A program made the translations under genes and the position numbers. The notes below the pieces were generated by a model. The model worked only from the letters and a program-made list of their open reading frames with translations. It was not told the DNA's origin and searched no databases. A stretch of DNA of 64,000 nucleotides, taken from NCBI RefSeq assembly GCF_048593235.1, contig NC_133622.1, positions 239,227,198 to 239,291,197 of the forward strand. Direction: 5' to 3'. Shown piece by piece: positions 34,653-47,263 of this stretch (position 1 is the stretch's first letter; each line of letters begins with the position of its first letter). The stretch is from Sminthopsis crassicaudata (Eukaryota).

Positions 34653-35912
34653 AAACATCCAACACTCATTCCTATTAAAAATACTGGAGACTATAGGAAT
34701 AAAAGGAATTTTCCTTAAAAATTATCAGTAGTATCTATTAAAACCATCATCAATGGAAACTAAAAAGAACCATTCCCAATAATATTAGGGGTGAAAGAAG
34801 GTTGTCCACTGTCATCATTATTATTCAATATTCTATTAGAAATGCTAGTTTTGGCAATAAGAGAAGAAAAAGAGATTTAAAGAATTAGAATAGATAATGA
34901 GGAAACCAAATTATTATTCTTTGCAGATAATATGATGTTATACTTAGAGAATCCTAGAGAATTAATTTTAAAACTACTAGAAGCAATTCACAACTTTAGC
35001 AGAGTTTAAGAATACAAAATAAATCCACAGAAATCATCAGGATTTTTATATATTACCAAAAAAAGTCTAATAGCAAGATATACATTCCATTTAAAGAATT
35101 ACATTTAAAATAACTGTCAATAATATAAAATATTTTGGATTCTGTCTGCCAAGGCAAAGTCAGGAACCATGTGAAACAACTATAAGACACCTACCACACA
35201 AATAAATACAGATCTAATAGTTTGGGGAAATATCAAGTGCTCATGGATAGACTGAGAAAAAAAATATAATTACAGTGACAATTATTAAATTAATCTACTT
35301 ATTCAATGTCATACCAATCAAATTCCCAAGAAATTATTTAAACATCTGGAAAAACAATAATAAAGTTTTTCAAAAGGTCAAGAATTTCAAGAGAAATAAT
35401 GGAAAAAATGCTAATGAAGGTGACCTAGCTGTGCCAGACCCAAAACTATATTATAAATCAGCAGTTATCAAAACCATTTGGTACTGGCTAAAAAAATAGA
35501 GTAGTTGATCATTGGAATAGGTTAGTTTCAAAGGACAAAATAGTCAATGACTATAGTAATCTAGTTTTTTTGTTTGTTTGTTTTGTTTGTTTTTTTTTGT
35601 TTGTTTGTTTTTTGACAAACCCAGATACCCCAGCTTTTGTGATAGGAACTTATTATTTGACAAAAACTGGGAAAATTGGAAACTAGTATGGCAGAAACTA
35701 GGCATTGACCCTCACTTAATACCCTATGCCAAGATAAAATCAAAATGGGTTCATGATGTAATATAAACAATGTTATTATAAGCAAATTAGAAGAAGAAAG
35801 GATAGTGTACCTCTTATAGCTGTAGAGAAGGAATTTGCGTCTAAAGAACTGGAGTTCATTATTGCACACAAAATAGATAATTTTGATCATCAAGTTACAA
35901 AATTTTTGTAAA

Positions 35913-36068
35913 GGAGGCCGCTAGATGGCACAGTGTCTAGAGCACTGGCCCTGAAGTCAGGAGATCAAATTCAGCCTCAGACAATTAATACTTCCTAGCT
36001 GTGTTACTTTGGGCAAGTCATTTAACCTCAATTGCTTCAGCAAAAATAATAAATAATAATAATAATAA
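35913..36068 (+). mobile_element. CORE-SINE inserted in L1 ORF2
   Basis: gctagatggcacagtgtctagagcactggccctgaagtcagg...aacctcaattgcttc followed by an (AAT)n tail. Confidence 0.8.
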
Positions 36069-37284
36069 ATTAAATTTTGGAAAAAAGCTAAAACTATTTT
36101 TTAAAAAAGGTTTTGTTTATTTGTAAAAAGCAAACTAATTCAGACAAGATTAGAAGGAAAGCAATTAACTCAGAAAACCTTTTTATATTCAAGGGTTCTG
36201 ATAAAGTCCTGATTTCCAAAATATATACAAAATTGACTCAAATTTATAACAATTTAAGCCATTCTCTATTTGATAAATGGTCAAAGGATATGAACAGAAC
36301 ATTTTTAGATGAAGAGATTAAAACTATTTTTATTCATATGAAGCAGTGCTTTAAATTACTATTGATCAGAGAAATGCAAATTAAGACAATTCTGAGTTAT
36401 CACTACACATCTCTCAGATTGGTGAACATGAATAGGAAGAGATAATGATTAGTGTTGGAGGGGAATATGGGAAAACTGGGACACTAATTGATGGAATTGT
36501 GAACTGACCAACCCTTATGGAAAACAATTTGGTATTATGATCAATGGGCTATCAAAACGTATGGGATCTGGCAGTGTTTCTATTGGACTTATATTGCAAA
36601 TAGATCTTAAAAGAAGGAAAGGGACCCACATGTGCAAAAAATGTTTGTGGCAGCCCTTTTTGCAGTAGCAAGAAACTGTAAATTGAGTGGATGCCCATCA
36701 GTTGGAGAATGGATGAATAACTTATGGCATATGATTGTTAGGGAATATTATTTTTTATAGGAAATAGTGAACAGTATTAGAGAGGCCTGGGTGGACTTTC
36801 ATTTATTGATGCTAAATGAAGTGAGCAGAACCATGTTTTTACACAACAACAACAAAATTATACAAAGATCAATTCTGGTGAGCATGGCTCTTTTCAACAA
36901 TGAAATTATTCAGTCCAGTTCCAATGATCTTATGATGAAGATAGCCATCTACAACCAGAGAGAGTAGCATGGGAAATGGGTGTGTAACAAAACATACCAT
37001 TTTTACTCTTTTTGTTATTATTCACTTGCATTTTATTCTCTTTCTCATTGTTTTTCCTTTTTGATCTGATTTTTTCTTGTGCAGCAAGATAATTTTATAA
37101 ATATGTCTGCATATATTGGATTTAACATATATTTGTACTATGTGTGACATATATTGAATTACTTATCATCTAGTTAAAGGGATGGGGAATGGGGAAGGGG
37201 GGATTGGAACACAGTTTTGCAAGGGTCATTGTTAAAAATGATCCATGGATATGTTTTGAAAATAAAATGCTTTAATAAAAAAGG

Positions 37285-37730
37285 AAATTATCATATTTCT
37301 TACATTTCACTCCAATCATGAACATTGAGGCATCAGTAGAAGGAGTAGAGATCATGAACCATTTAGTTTCACCCTTCAAGTGAGACCTAAATTTTTCCTT
37401 GCAGGTAAAGATACCAGTGGATTCTATGACATACTCAGTGACAAAATCTCTACATTTAATATTGGTGGGATCATGCTCTTGGAAGAAGACAATGGCTTTT
37501 CCATTGATCATCATCTTTCCATTCTCAGCCTTGACTGTACCCTTGAACTCGCCATGCATGAAATCATATTGAAAGATATAAACCATTGATTTGATGTCAT
37601 GAAGAAGTCATCGATGGCCACAATGTGTACTTTGTTTGTGTTGAATACAGCTAAATCTTTTGACTCCAACTTTCAACATCTCATTTCAGTGATGTTGCCA
37701 AAGCTGCAGATACTGACAGTGAGCTTGGGA
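37285..37730 (-). pseudogene. GAPDH: GAPDH processed pseudogene, 5' ~140 codons only
   Basis: Translation MVYIFQYDFMHGEFKGTVKAENGKMMINGKAIVFFQEHDPTNIK...ESTGIFT...STPSTDASMFMIGV..KYDN. Upstream atgttgaaagttggagtc (M.KVGV) at 37679. No introns. Confidence 0.93.
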
Positions 37731-38379
37731 GAAGAATTCAGAGTGTTAGAGTCATTATTTTAAAAAAAATTTGGAGCTGTTTGGGGGAGAACATGGGGAG
37801 TTTTTGCTTTTATTCTGTCATCTTTGCTCCACCTCCTCACAATATAAATCAATATAATTTTTAACATGTAATTGATTAAAAATAAAGCACAGAGGAATAA
37901 GAAAGAAGTTGAATTATACTTGGAAATATATTTCCAATACTTATATTATTAATATATATTATTGTTTACTGGAGATATTTCTAATTATAATAGTAGTAGG
38001 TCTCTGGCTTCATCAACAGCCTTAAATGCCTAGAATATGAAGTATCCATACCATTACATATAGAAAAAATATCTACTACTGGTGACAATATTATTAGTTC
38101 AGGAAACCTAGTATTGAGTGGTCATAGTAGCAATATCTACAATCCTCACAAATTCTTGACTTACGGCAGACTGAGCTCAGATTACTATATAGAGTCATTC
38201 TATTTATCTACATAGTAAAAGGAAGAAATGTTTCATGCTGAAGCTAATTTTTTACAGTATTTTAATGGTGTTGGGCAAGGTGAAGTCAATAAATATTTGT
38301 TTAAGTTTCCTTAATATGCATTTATGGGAAATGCTAGACAAATCTTTACCCAAATCCTTTGAGGATAAGTCATTCAATT

Positions 38380-38730
38380 ATATGAAAATATGTATCCAGT
38401 TGTACATTTTTAAGGAAAAACTATGTTAATATTTTGAAGATATGTTACTTCACTTAGAGAATACTAGAGAATCACCCAAAAACCTACTTGAAACAATTAA
38501 ATGCTTACCCAATCTTTCAGGATTTAAAATAAGCCCACACAAATCAGCATGTATTTATCTTAGTAACAAAGCCCAGGAACTAGAGATACTAAGATTATAG
38601 GACGATCAATTCTGATGGACTTGACTTTTTTCAACAATGATATGATTCACGTCAATTCCTTTGGACTTGGGATGAAAAGAGCCATCCACATCTAGACAGA
38701 TTTATAGAGACTGACTGCGGATGAAAGCAA
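38380..38730 (+). mobile_element. Old LINE-1 RT and 3' scraps
   Basis: gaagatatgttacttcacttagagaatactagagaatcaccc...tttaaaataagcccacacaaatcagc (D.M..LEN.RES...KI.PHKS). Confidence 0.6.
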
Positions 38731-38988
38731 AGTGTTACCCCTATTTCTTCATCAGCAAAATGAGGATAAAAAAAAATAGAACCTATTTTACAAGGTTGTT
38801 ATAATAATCAAATGATTTATAAATTGGTTATTACAGAATGTGACACTTAGCAAATTCTATACAAATTTTCCCTATTATTAATTCCCTTCAATGTGTCAAT
38901 AGGTATGCCAAAGATTAAAAAGCAAAGATAACAGTCCCTGGTTTAAAGGAGATAATGTATGTCTCTCTGTTTATATAAACATATATGC

Positions 38989-39029
<41 letters not shown>

Positions 39030-40056
39030 CCTCTCATAAATAATTAATTGAAGAAAATTAAAGTGGAAAAGGACTAAGATTAAAAGGAAGGGTCAAAAAT
39101 ACTTTTGTAGTAGACAGGATTTTAATTGAGACTGGAAATAAACCAAGAGAGTAAAAAATATTTTAAAATAATTGTGGAAGTAATTCTATATCTTAAGCCT
39201 AGACTGTTATCCTGTTTGGTACAATCTTCTTATACTGGACACTCACCATCAAACTCCATTATGGGACAATTAATAAGTTGGATGTTTACACATAATATTT
39301 TGAATCATAGTTTCTTTCTTTTACTTCTTCATGGGACGCATCTTCACTAATGACAGTAAAAAGAGAGTTTAGTTGATTCCAAATACTATGGAAAATAATG
39401 GAAATGGAATGGAAAATAAACCTCTGATATTAACTATCCCCTTGATTTCAAGGAATTACTATTCTCTAAAGGCAGAATTTCCACTTATTATTTATTTGGA
39501 CACTAGCCAAGCAAAGTCATTAGTTCCTGGCATCTCTTTCATATTGTGTGTTGAGATATATGTAAAGCTAGCAGCATCCATGCAGAATCAGGTGATTTCT
39601 ACAATAGGAATATGTGTTTCTCACTCTGAATTTTGCTGCATAAATAGACTTTGCCTTATAGCAGTCAGTTCAAAAACGAGTTTAATTTTCCATTTTCATA
39701 GATTATCCAAAAGCCCATTACTGTTTTAATTCTGATTCTGATAAAATTTGAGGGAAGATAGTATTTTCTACTAATGGACACTGTTTGCTACTATTTACAT
39801 GGACTTAGGAATCAACCATCTCTAGAAATTATTGTAGATATACCTCGAAAATCCCTTCTATTTCCTGCTCCCAAAGACTGATAATACAAAATTTCTGCAA
39901 ATCTGTTGATTTGAAAACAACTGCCAGGTAAAGAAGGTGGGTACTATTCTTACATCATCCTTTTCCTTATCATTGTTGTACATGGATAGCTACTGTTTTG
40001 AGAGCTCTCTGCTAAGCTCCAATGATGCTAAGAAGTATTAGCCTCTCAATTCAATA

Positions 40057-40094
<38 letters not shown>

Positions 40095-41801
40095 CCCATC
40101 AATTCAACTATTGGAGACCACAAACTAAATGTCTATTGATTCTTGTAGATAACTTGTGTAATTAAATTTAAGAAAAGTGTAGTCATTAAGGCTAGTTACT
40201 GAGAAAACATTTCTTAAAGGTCAAAAAGGAACAAATTCTGAAAGAAATGGAATATGAAAATGGAGGGTCTTTCAGGTAGGGTCAATTGTACAAGTAAAAT
40301 CAGGAAGAATCAGGGATTTATGATCAGTATACTTTGACTGAAAAAATGTCGCTATTAATTAGAACATTATGGAAATTAGGCTGTACAATTGGGTATTTCC
40401 CACTTTAAAACAAGACTAGAATTTTCAAGCAATGGACTTGAGGATTTTCTTTAGCTTTCTAGATGCTCTGTACCAAGAATGATCCAGATGATTACAAAGA
40501 CTTTTCTTCCATCAAGTATAAGATAAAAACACCAGGAGTCAGCTTTCTATTCAGAAACTTCTGCTGTTCCAAATAAGCATTTACCCCAATCTCTGCTCAT
40601 TTTTATTTATATTTATCTCTGCTCTATTATTATACAGACAAGGAATGACCTGAATCACTTGTTTGTCCTCATGGAATGAAAATAAATATTAAATCTATTA
40701 CTGTATATGTCACATTTAAAAAGCAAGAATAATGGATTTTTGAAGGTAGTTAACATTTTACCTTCTATATCTCTGGAAATACCCTGTCTAATACTACAGA
40801 CAGAGGAAGGTTTTTGAATATTAAGTTTTTTCCTATAAGATTATAAATCACAATTGTAAAGAAATAAGAATGGCAACTAATGTTTGGAAGATTTTAAATA
40901 AATTACACTAAATGATAATGGACATAATTTCGATTGTGTTTTACTTTTTAAAAAAATTCTTAAACTATTTCTCTTTTCAGATTAGATAATTAGTGAGTTC
41001 TCAGATTCATGTGCATTTGGAGAATAAATTCAAAATTAACGAGCATAGTTTCAATAGGTAAGAGCATGCTGTGTTCTCCATTCACTATAGATTTGGATTA
41101 TGTCCATTCAGAATTTTCAGCATTTGGACATTGCTTTGATTAGCTTCATTTCTTATTGATGACTTTGTATTTTTGGCCATCATTCTCAGAACCATGACAT
41201 ATCCTATTACCCCTAATTCTACCCACTCTTCAGATGCAAGCATAATATCTCCTCTAAATTCTAGTTTTCTTATTTGGTGTCCTCTAAATTATGAGTACAT
41301 CTTATTCTCATCCTTTTCTCATCTATCCTTTATGGATTTTTAACAAAACCAAATTTGATTTGGGTTTTTAGTAAATACTAATTTCAAAAGTGAATTAGTA
41401 TTAATTAATTTACAAATTAATTTAATTTTTAAATCTATAATGTCATTGATATGAATAGATTTCTTTATGAATTCAACCTTTCCTAATTAGACTGAAATCT
41501 GACCTGTCTCTTGGGGTATCAGTGAGTTGTCTGGACTACTGAGAAGTTAAGTATTTCTGCCAGAAGCACAGGTTAGTTTTGTAGTAGAATCACAGGTTAG
41601 TATTAGTCAGAGAATATAAAAACCTTTCTGAGTTAAAGATTGATGTTTAATCAACTAGGGAATCTTCATTTATATCAGAAACATATAATTTTTTAAATGT
41701 CCTCTGTCTTCATTTATTGAGATATACCACTCGTCTATGTACTTCTCATTGCACTATTCTTCTTTTCAGGATATATTTTAAAATTCCTTTCACCTTTAGC
41801 C

Positions 41802-42737
41802 ATGCTGATCTCTGGTAGAAATCACAGTGCTGCTCCAGTTATTCTCATTCTCTTGGGATTCTCTGACTCTCCAGAATTTCAGATTCTTCTCTTTCTGATA
41901 TTTTTGACCATCTATGTGATCACTGTGATAGGAAATGTTGGTATGATTGCAATCATTATTATGAATCCCAAATTGCACACTCCAATGTATTTTTTCCTAA
42001 AACATCTGTCCTTTGTGGATTTCTGTTACTCCACTGCAGTTGTACCAAAGCTGCTGGAAAATTTAATGGCCGAAGATAGGACAGTGTCTTTTTCTGCTTG
42101 TATCACACAATTCTTCTTTTTTGTTACCTGTGCTTTGACTGACAACTTCATGTTGGCAGTGATGGCATATGACCGCTTTGTGGCCATTTGTAAACCCCTT
42201 TTGTACCTGGTCATCATGTCCCAGAAACGTTGTGTCCTGTTGATGGCTGCAGCATACATCTGGGGCACACTCTTCACTCTGACCTTCACCTACTCTCTCC
42301 TTACATTATCTTTTTGTGGGACTAACATAATTGACAATTTTGTTTGTGAATATTCTGGCATACTCTATGCCTCTTGCTCTGACAAACATTTCAGTGAGCT
42401 GATTCTTTTTATAGTAGCTAATATAAATATGCTGAGCACACTCATGGCCATAATTTCTTCTTATATTTTTATTTTTGTAACTGTCATGAAGATGCATTCA
42501 GTTAGGGCAAGGCACAAGGCTTTCTCTACTTGTGCTTCTCACTTGACAGCTGTTGGACTCTTTTATGGAACAGTCATTTTCCTCTACTGTATACCCAATA
42601 CTAAAAACTCCTGGTTTACTGCCAAATTGGGAACTGTTTTCTATGCAGTGGTCATCCCCATGCTGAACCCTCTTATATACAGTCTGAGGAACAATGAAGT
42701 GAAGGAAGCACTCAAGAAGTTAGTGGTCAAAGTATGA
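41802..42737 (+). CDS. Olfactory receptor, OR5D-like (clade A3), 311 aa, intact
   Basis: All OR motifs, NHS glycosylation site, acceptor tcttttcAG ending at 41769. Confidence 0.97.
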   Translation: MLISGRNHSAAPVILILLGFSDSPEFQILLFLIFLTIYVITVIGNVGMIAIIIMNPKLHTPMYFFLKHLSFVDFCYSTAVVPKLLENLMAEDRTVSFSACITQFFFFVTCALTDNFMLAVMAYDRFVAICKPLLYLVIMSQKRCVLLMAAAYIWGTLFTLTFTYSLLTLSFCGTNIIDNFVCEYSGILYASCSDKHFSELILFIVANINMLSTLMAIISSYIFIFVTVMKMHSVRARHKAFSTCASHLTAVGLFYGTVIFLYCIPNTKNSWFTAKLGTVFYAVVIPMLNPLIYSLRNNEVKEALKKLVVKV

Positions 42738-43559
42738 TTTCTCAATAAATTACCACCATCATCTTCAACATCACTATCCCCACCAGCACGATGAAAAAAT
42801 AACAGCATCTAAATTAACAGCAAACACTAAACAATATCAACCTTTGTTGTTTAAAGAATTAGCTTGAACTGATTTTCACTAAATAAAAAATAAATATATT
42901 CACTCGTTCTTATACGCATCTGGTGTGTAGCTTTATTTGCTCCTTTATTTTCAAGACTGCTCCACTGTTTTTAATCTAAGGCTACAAGAAATAAGAATGT
43001 GAGAACTTGAAAAAAAGTAGCTTCCCAAATCCCCTTGACCTTGCATTGGTCTTCATCACATTATCTTAAATATTTTTTCCCTTAATATAACAAGCAGAAT
43101 GCAATCATTTTTTTTTTTAAACCAGACGTTTTGTTTTATTCTGGTCTTCTCTAGTTGTTTTTAGATGTTCCTAATCTATCTCTAGGAGGTGAATTAACAT
43201 GATGGACTTGGGAGAAATTGTGCTAAAAAATAAGATACTGACAGATGTGACTTGTTGATCCAAGAAGAGAGTGGGGATCATCAAACACTCAGAAATATTA
43301 TCAGGTTGATGTAATTCAATGCAATGGTAAACTACCTTATAGAAATGCATTATTTTCTGAAAATAATAGGTATGTCCCTCTCTTCTTAAATTTAAATTTA
43401 AATTCATAATCTCTGTATTTAGTACCTCTAGTTTTCTTTAAAGATCAACTGAAGCACCAACTTCTAAAGCTGAGATATTTTCTAATGGTATGTATTCATT
43501 ATCCTCAAACAGATTGTATATAGGTTTGTGTTTGCAAATATGTCCATATTTACATAAAC

Positions 43560-43591
<32 letters not shown>

Positions 43592-43696
43592 GCATATATA
43601 TATATATACATATATATCTAATCATTTACATGAATCTATACTTATATTCAGAAATCTCATTGTTGTTGTAGTTAGTGATTAATGGAATTGATTAAT

Positions 43697-44072
43697 TGTA
43701 ATGTTCTGTTGTCTCCTGAGACTGCCAATCACTCTCTGGGAGCAGATCTGCTGTCTCAACTCAATCTCTCAGCCAGATTTTTCTTCCTGTAGCAAGCTGC
43801 CAACTCTGACGTAGAGTAGAGACTTCTGCCCTTGCTCAATGTTGTTTCTTTTATCTTCCCAGAGAATGGGCATGGAATAACTCAGGGGCTTCTTGGAAAA
43901 AATATTTCAACCAATGAACTTGCTACTCTTAAACATGCAAGCTCCTCCCCAGAAGTTCAAAGGGGTAAAACTCCCTTTAAGGCTGGAACTAGAAAATTTT
44001 TAAGTACAGACTTAGCACTTAGTAAGAAACTAATATCTCATTATCTCATTAGCAATTAGTAAGAACCTAACA
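43697..44072 (-). repeat. 3' LTR of the minus-strand provirus
   Basis: 376 bp, roughly 10% diverged from 45133-45507 by manual count. R/U5 is homologous to 6880-6980 but U3 differs. Confidence 0.95.
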
Positions 44073-44379
44073 TCTCCCCCTTTCTTTTGTTTTAGAACAT
44101 ATGGTGGTCATGACCTTGAAACATAAATCCATCAATATGGGAGGCATTACACATAATTACATAAATTAAATAAACACATAGTAACATAGTAACATTATAC
44201 ATGCTAGAAGTATATAACAAATAACATAATCAAATAATCATAAATTGAGAATTTATAAATGTCCATAAGTCCATTGTCCATTAGTCTCATCTTGTGTTAG
44301 GAAATCCAATGATTCCTGCTGGTTTTAAAATTCTTTAACAGTCTTCTTATTAGCCATGCTCTTTCAGTGTCAGAGTTTC

Positions 44380-45053
44380 TTAGATTTTCTCCTTTGTTTT
44401 GAGGTCTTTCTCTTTTTCTGTCTCTCTCTGATGGACAAGGCAAATACAGCTCATTGGCACCCATCTGATTCCTTCTCCTTCTGAAGAAATACAAGCAAAC
44501 CCTCTCCCCCAAGCAGTTAACCTATCTGGTCCCTTCCATTCACCACTTTCTGGGTCTCTCGACATCACCTGGAGATTATCTAAGGACAGTGGAGCTGCTC
44601 ACACTGGACACTGCCCTTCTGGTGGGTTATAAAACCTGTCTGCTGGAGCCAGTGCATCTTTGTCAAAAATTAGAAAATTAATGGTATAGAGAACTAAATT
44701 TAGACGTTCTCTAGGGTTACCTGTGGCTTCCCCTTTCTTTTGTTTTTGGAAGATTGTCTTATGTCTCTGTTTCTTTTCTCTACTATTGCCTGGCCTTGTG
44801 GATTAAAAGGTATTCCATTGGTGTGTAAAATCTTATACTGTGCACAAACATGCAGAAAATGTTTAGAACTATATGCAGGTCCATTATCTGTTTTTATTTC
44901 TTGTGGCACACCCATAATTGCAAATGCTTGGATAAGGAATTCAGAGACCACCCAGGCTGTCTCTTTTGACATTGGCACTGCAAAAGTGAATACTGAAAAG
45001 GTATCTACTACCACATGGATAAAAGACAGACGACCAAAATATTTATTTACTGA
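44380..45053 (-). pseudogene. Integrase remnant (catalytic core lacking the first Asp, plus C-terminal domain)
   Basis: FGRLSFIHVVVDTFS...MGVPQEIKTDNGPAY...GIPFNPQGQAIVE and WKGPDRLTAWGRGFAC...WVP. Frameshifted after DIRQ. Confidence 0.92.
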
Positions 45054-45129
45054 GCCTGGCTAGCTCAGTCAATAGAGCATGAGACGCTTAATCTCAGGGT
45101 TGTGTGTTCAAGCCCCATGTTGGGTGCAA
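45054..45129 (+). tRNA. Full-length tRNA-Lys(CTT) copy (pseudogene) with CCA-like end, occupying the PBS position of the provirus
   Basis: GCCTGGCTAGCTCAGTCAATAGAGCATGAGACGCTTAATCTCAGGGTTGTGTGTTCAAGCCCCATGTTGGGTG+CAA: 64/73 identity to vertebrate tRNA-Lys(CTT), with 6 of the 9 changes being CpG transitions. Anticodon CTT intact. Confidence 0.95.
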
Positions 45130-45132
45130 ATA

Positions 45133-45507
45133 TGTAATGTTCTGTCATCTCCAGAGACTGCCAATCACTCTCTGGGAGGAGATCTGCTGTCTCAACTCAA
45201 TCTCTCAGCCAGATTCTTCTTCTTGTAGCAAGCCACCAAGTATGACCTAGAGTAGACTTCTGCCCTTGCTCAATGTTGCTTTTTTTATCCTCCCAGAGAA
45301 TGGGAATGGAATAACTAAGGGGCTTCTGGGAAAAAAAATACTTCAACCAATGAACTTGCTCCTTCTAAACATGTAAGCTCCTCCTCAGGAGTTCACAGGG
45401 GTAAAACTCCCCTAAAGGCCTGAATTAGAGAATTGTTAAGTACTGACTTAGCACTTAGTAAGAACCTAATTCTCATTATCTCATTAACACTTAGTAAGAA
45501 CCTAACA
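45133..45507 (-). repeat. 5' LTR of the minus-strand provirus
   Basis: 375 bp. The U5 end (CATTACA on minus) lies 3 nt from the tRNA 3' end. Confidence 0.95.
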
Positions 45508-47218
45508 ATTAATGTTTCTAATGATAGCTGCAAGGCATAAAACAAGACCAAATGACCTTCATGGTGATCATTGTATTGTGGCAAGTGTGGCAATTAATAA
45601 GTACAACAGTCATAATTTCTGGGTAATTTAATCATATAATTAATAAGACTAGCAGATAATAAATAAAGGGTGATTATTTGATTTTCTCTCAGGCTAAAGA
45701 TCCCTTATGGTGGTGGAGTCACAGTTTATATTCCCTCAAAGAGGAAATGTTCCTAATTTCCATCATTTAATATAATGAGAGGAGGGCTATTTTGGGGCAT
45801 ATGATTTAGATCTCTCAAATCTTGGTCAAAGACATATCAGTTTCCATATTGCCTGGCTTGATGATTTGTAGAGTCAATATTTTCCTCTAAGATGCCTGAG
45901 CAAAAGCAATGAGCAGAAATACACTCATTAATTTAAACTTTTGATTTCTTTTGCTGGCTGATTATATCCTAAAAAATTAATCTCTAGGAAAGAGTTCCCA
46001 TGTAGGTTGATTTATGGTTAAGGAAATTAAAAAGGGAAAAATCCTTGGTCTAATTCAATATCCACTCTGTATATTGTAACTCTGTAACTATTAGATAGAA
46101 ATATTCCTTTCTCCCAAAAGGTAGATTTCCCAAACAGTAAGTCTTGGGGAAAATTCATCTTGAGTTTAAGAGTTGCTTCATTTCCAAACCTCAATTTAAT
46201 GCATATAACACCAATATACTCTGACTGAGAACATAAATGTATGATGATAGAATGCTACTTAGAATTCAATATTGCTTTTAAATGAATTTGAAATCTCTTA
46301 GTCCAAATATTACTATCTATGTGAAAAATAAAGGTGTATATGTGTGAAGCAATATCTATTTTATTTCAAGTTAAATGTCTGCCTAATTGTTATGGTAAGT
46401 TAAATTTAATATTTACTTTTTGAAGCCAACAAAGATTAAAATGATAATGTATAGTGTGAATTTGAATGTCCAATGCTTAAATAATCTTTCTTCCTCTTCT
46501 CTTTCCCCCAGAAAATAACAAAACTCCTTTCCACCCATGTACAACATTTTAGATTATGACAACATTGCCTTGATCTCTGGTTTATTGATCAAGGTGAAAA
46601 GGTGAGTGGATGAATGCTATATGCAGCATTCTTCTCCCCCCTCTTTTTTCCAACATATTTTATTTTGGCATATTCCCCTTGGACTTGCATCATACTTATC
46701 TCTTTTACATTAGAATTATCTACATATTATGTAGTATTCCAGATTATGATTTTGGGGGTAAAATCCTTTTTTTTTTTTAAAGGAACCTCTTAAACTGTTC
46801 TTCTAGATTAAAGAGTTGTTCAATATTTTCAACCGTGTCTGATTCCCATTTGGATCCCATTTGGGCTTTTCTTCTTTAGACCATGTCAGATATAAAGAAA
46901 ATGATTCAAACATTTTTAATGATTTGCCCTGGATCACACATTTGAATTAAAATCTTTTTACTCCATACCTCCACTCTATCCTCTGAGACATCTAGATCCT
47001 AATAAACAATAATCAATTAAGGCAATGATAATAGAATATCAATGATATGGAAGAAAACATATATAATCAGTTTTTATATCTTTGCTCCAGACAATTACAT
47101 GACAAATAGATACGGGTAATAGAAGGGCAATTTCATTTAAACGATGAATATTGACTGACATGGTAAATCTAGAGAAATAAGACAAAATGACAGCCATGCT
47201 ATTAGCAGAAAAGTTTTG

Positions 47219-47263
<45 letters not shown>

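Larger units (their letters stand above)
33380..37283 (+). mobile_element. Decayed LINE-1 (ORF2 Z/RT/C-terminal regions through 3' tail) carrying nested LTR and SINE
   Basis: Remnants of [44 protein letters not shown] and MQIKTILSYHYT. A-rich tail at ~37262-37283. Confidence 0.9.
43697..45507 (-). mobile_element. Heavily deleted betaretrovirus-like provirus (LTR-antisense tRNA-IN core/CTD-env remnant-PPT-LTR), 1811 bp
   Basis: LTRs at 45133-45507 (5') and 43697-44072 (3'), both TG...CA on minus. 6-bp TSD ATTAAT (43691-43696, 45508-45513). PPT at 44073-44088. Empty site in the A1 flank near 4490. Confidence 0.96.

Noticed and set aside
45054-45129. Functional tRNA-Lys gene
   Set aside because: Invariant G18/G19 are A/A (A box broken), U33 is G, stems carry CpG decay, there is no T-run terminator, and it sits inside a provirus.
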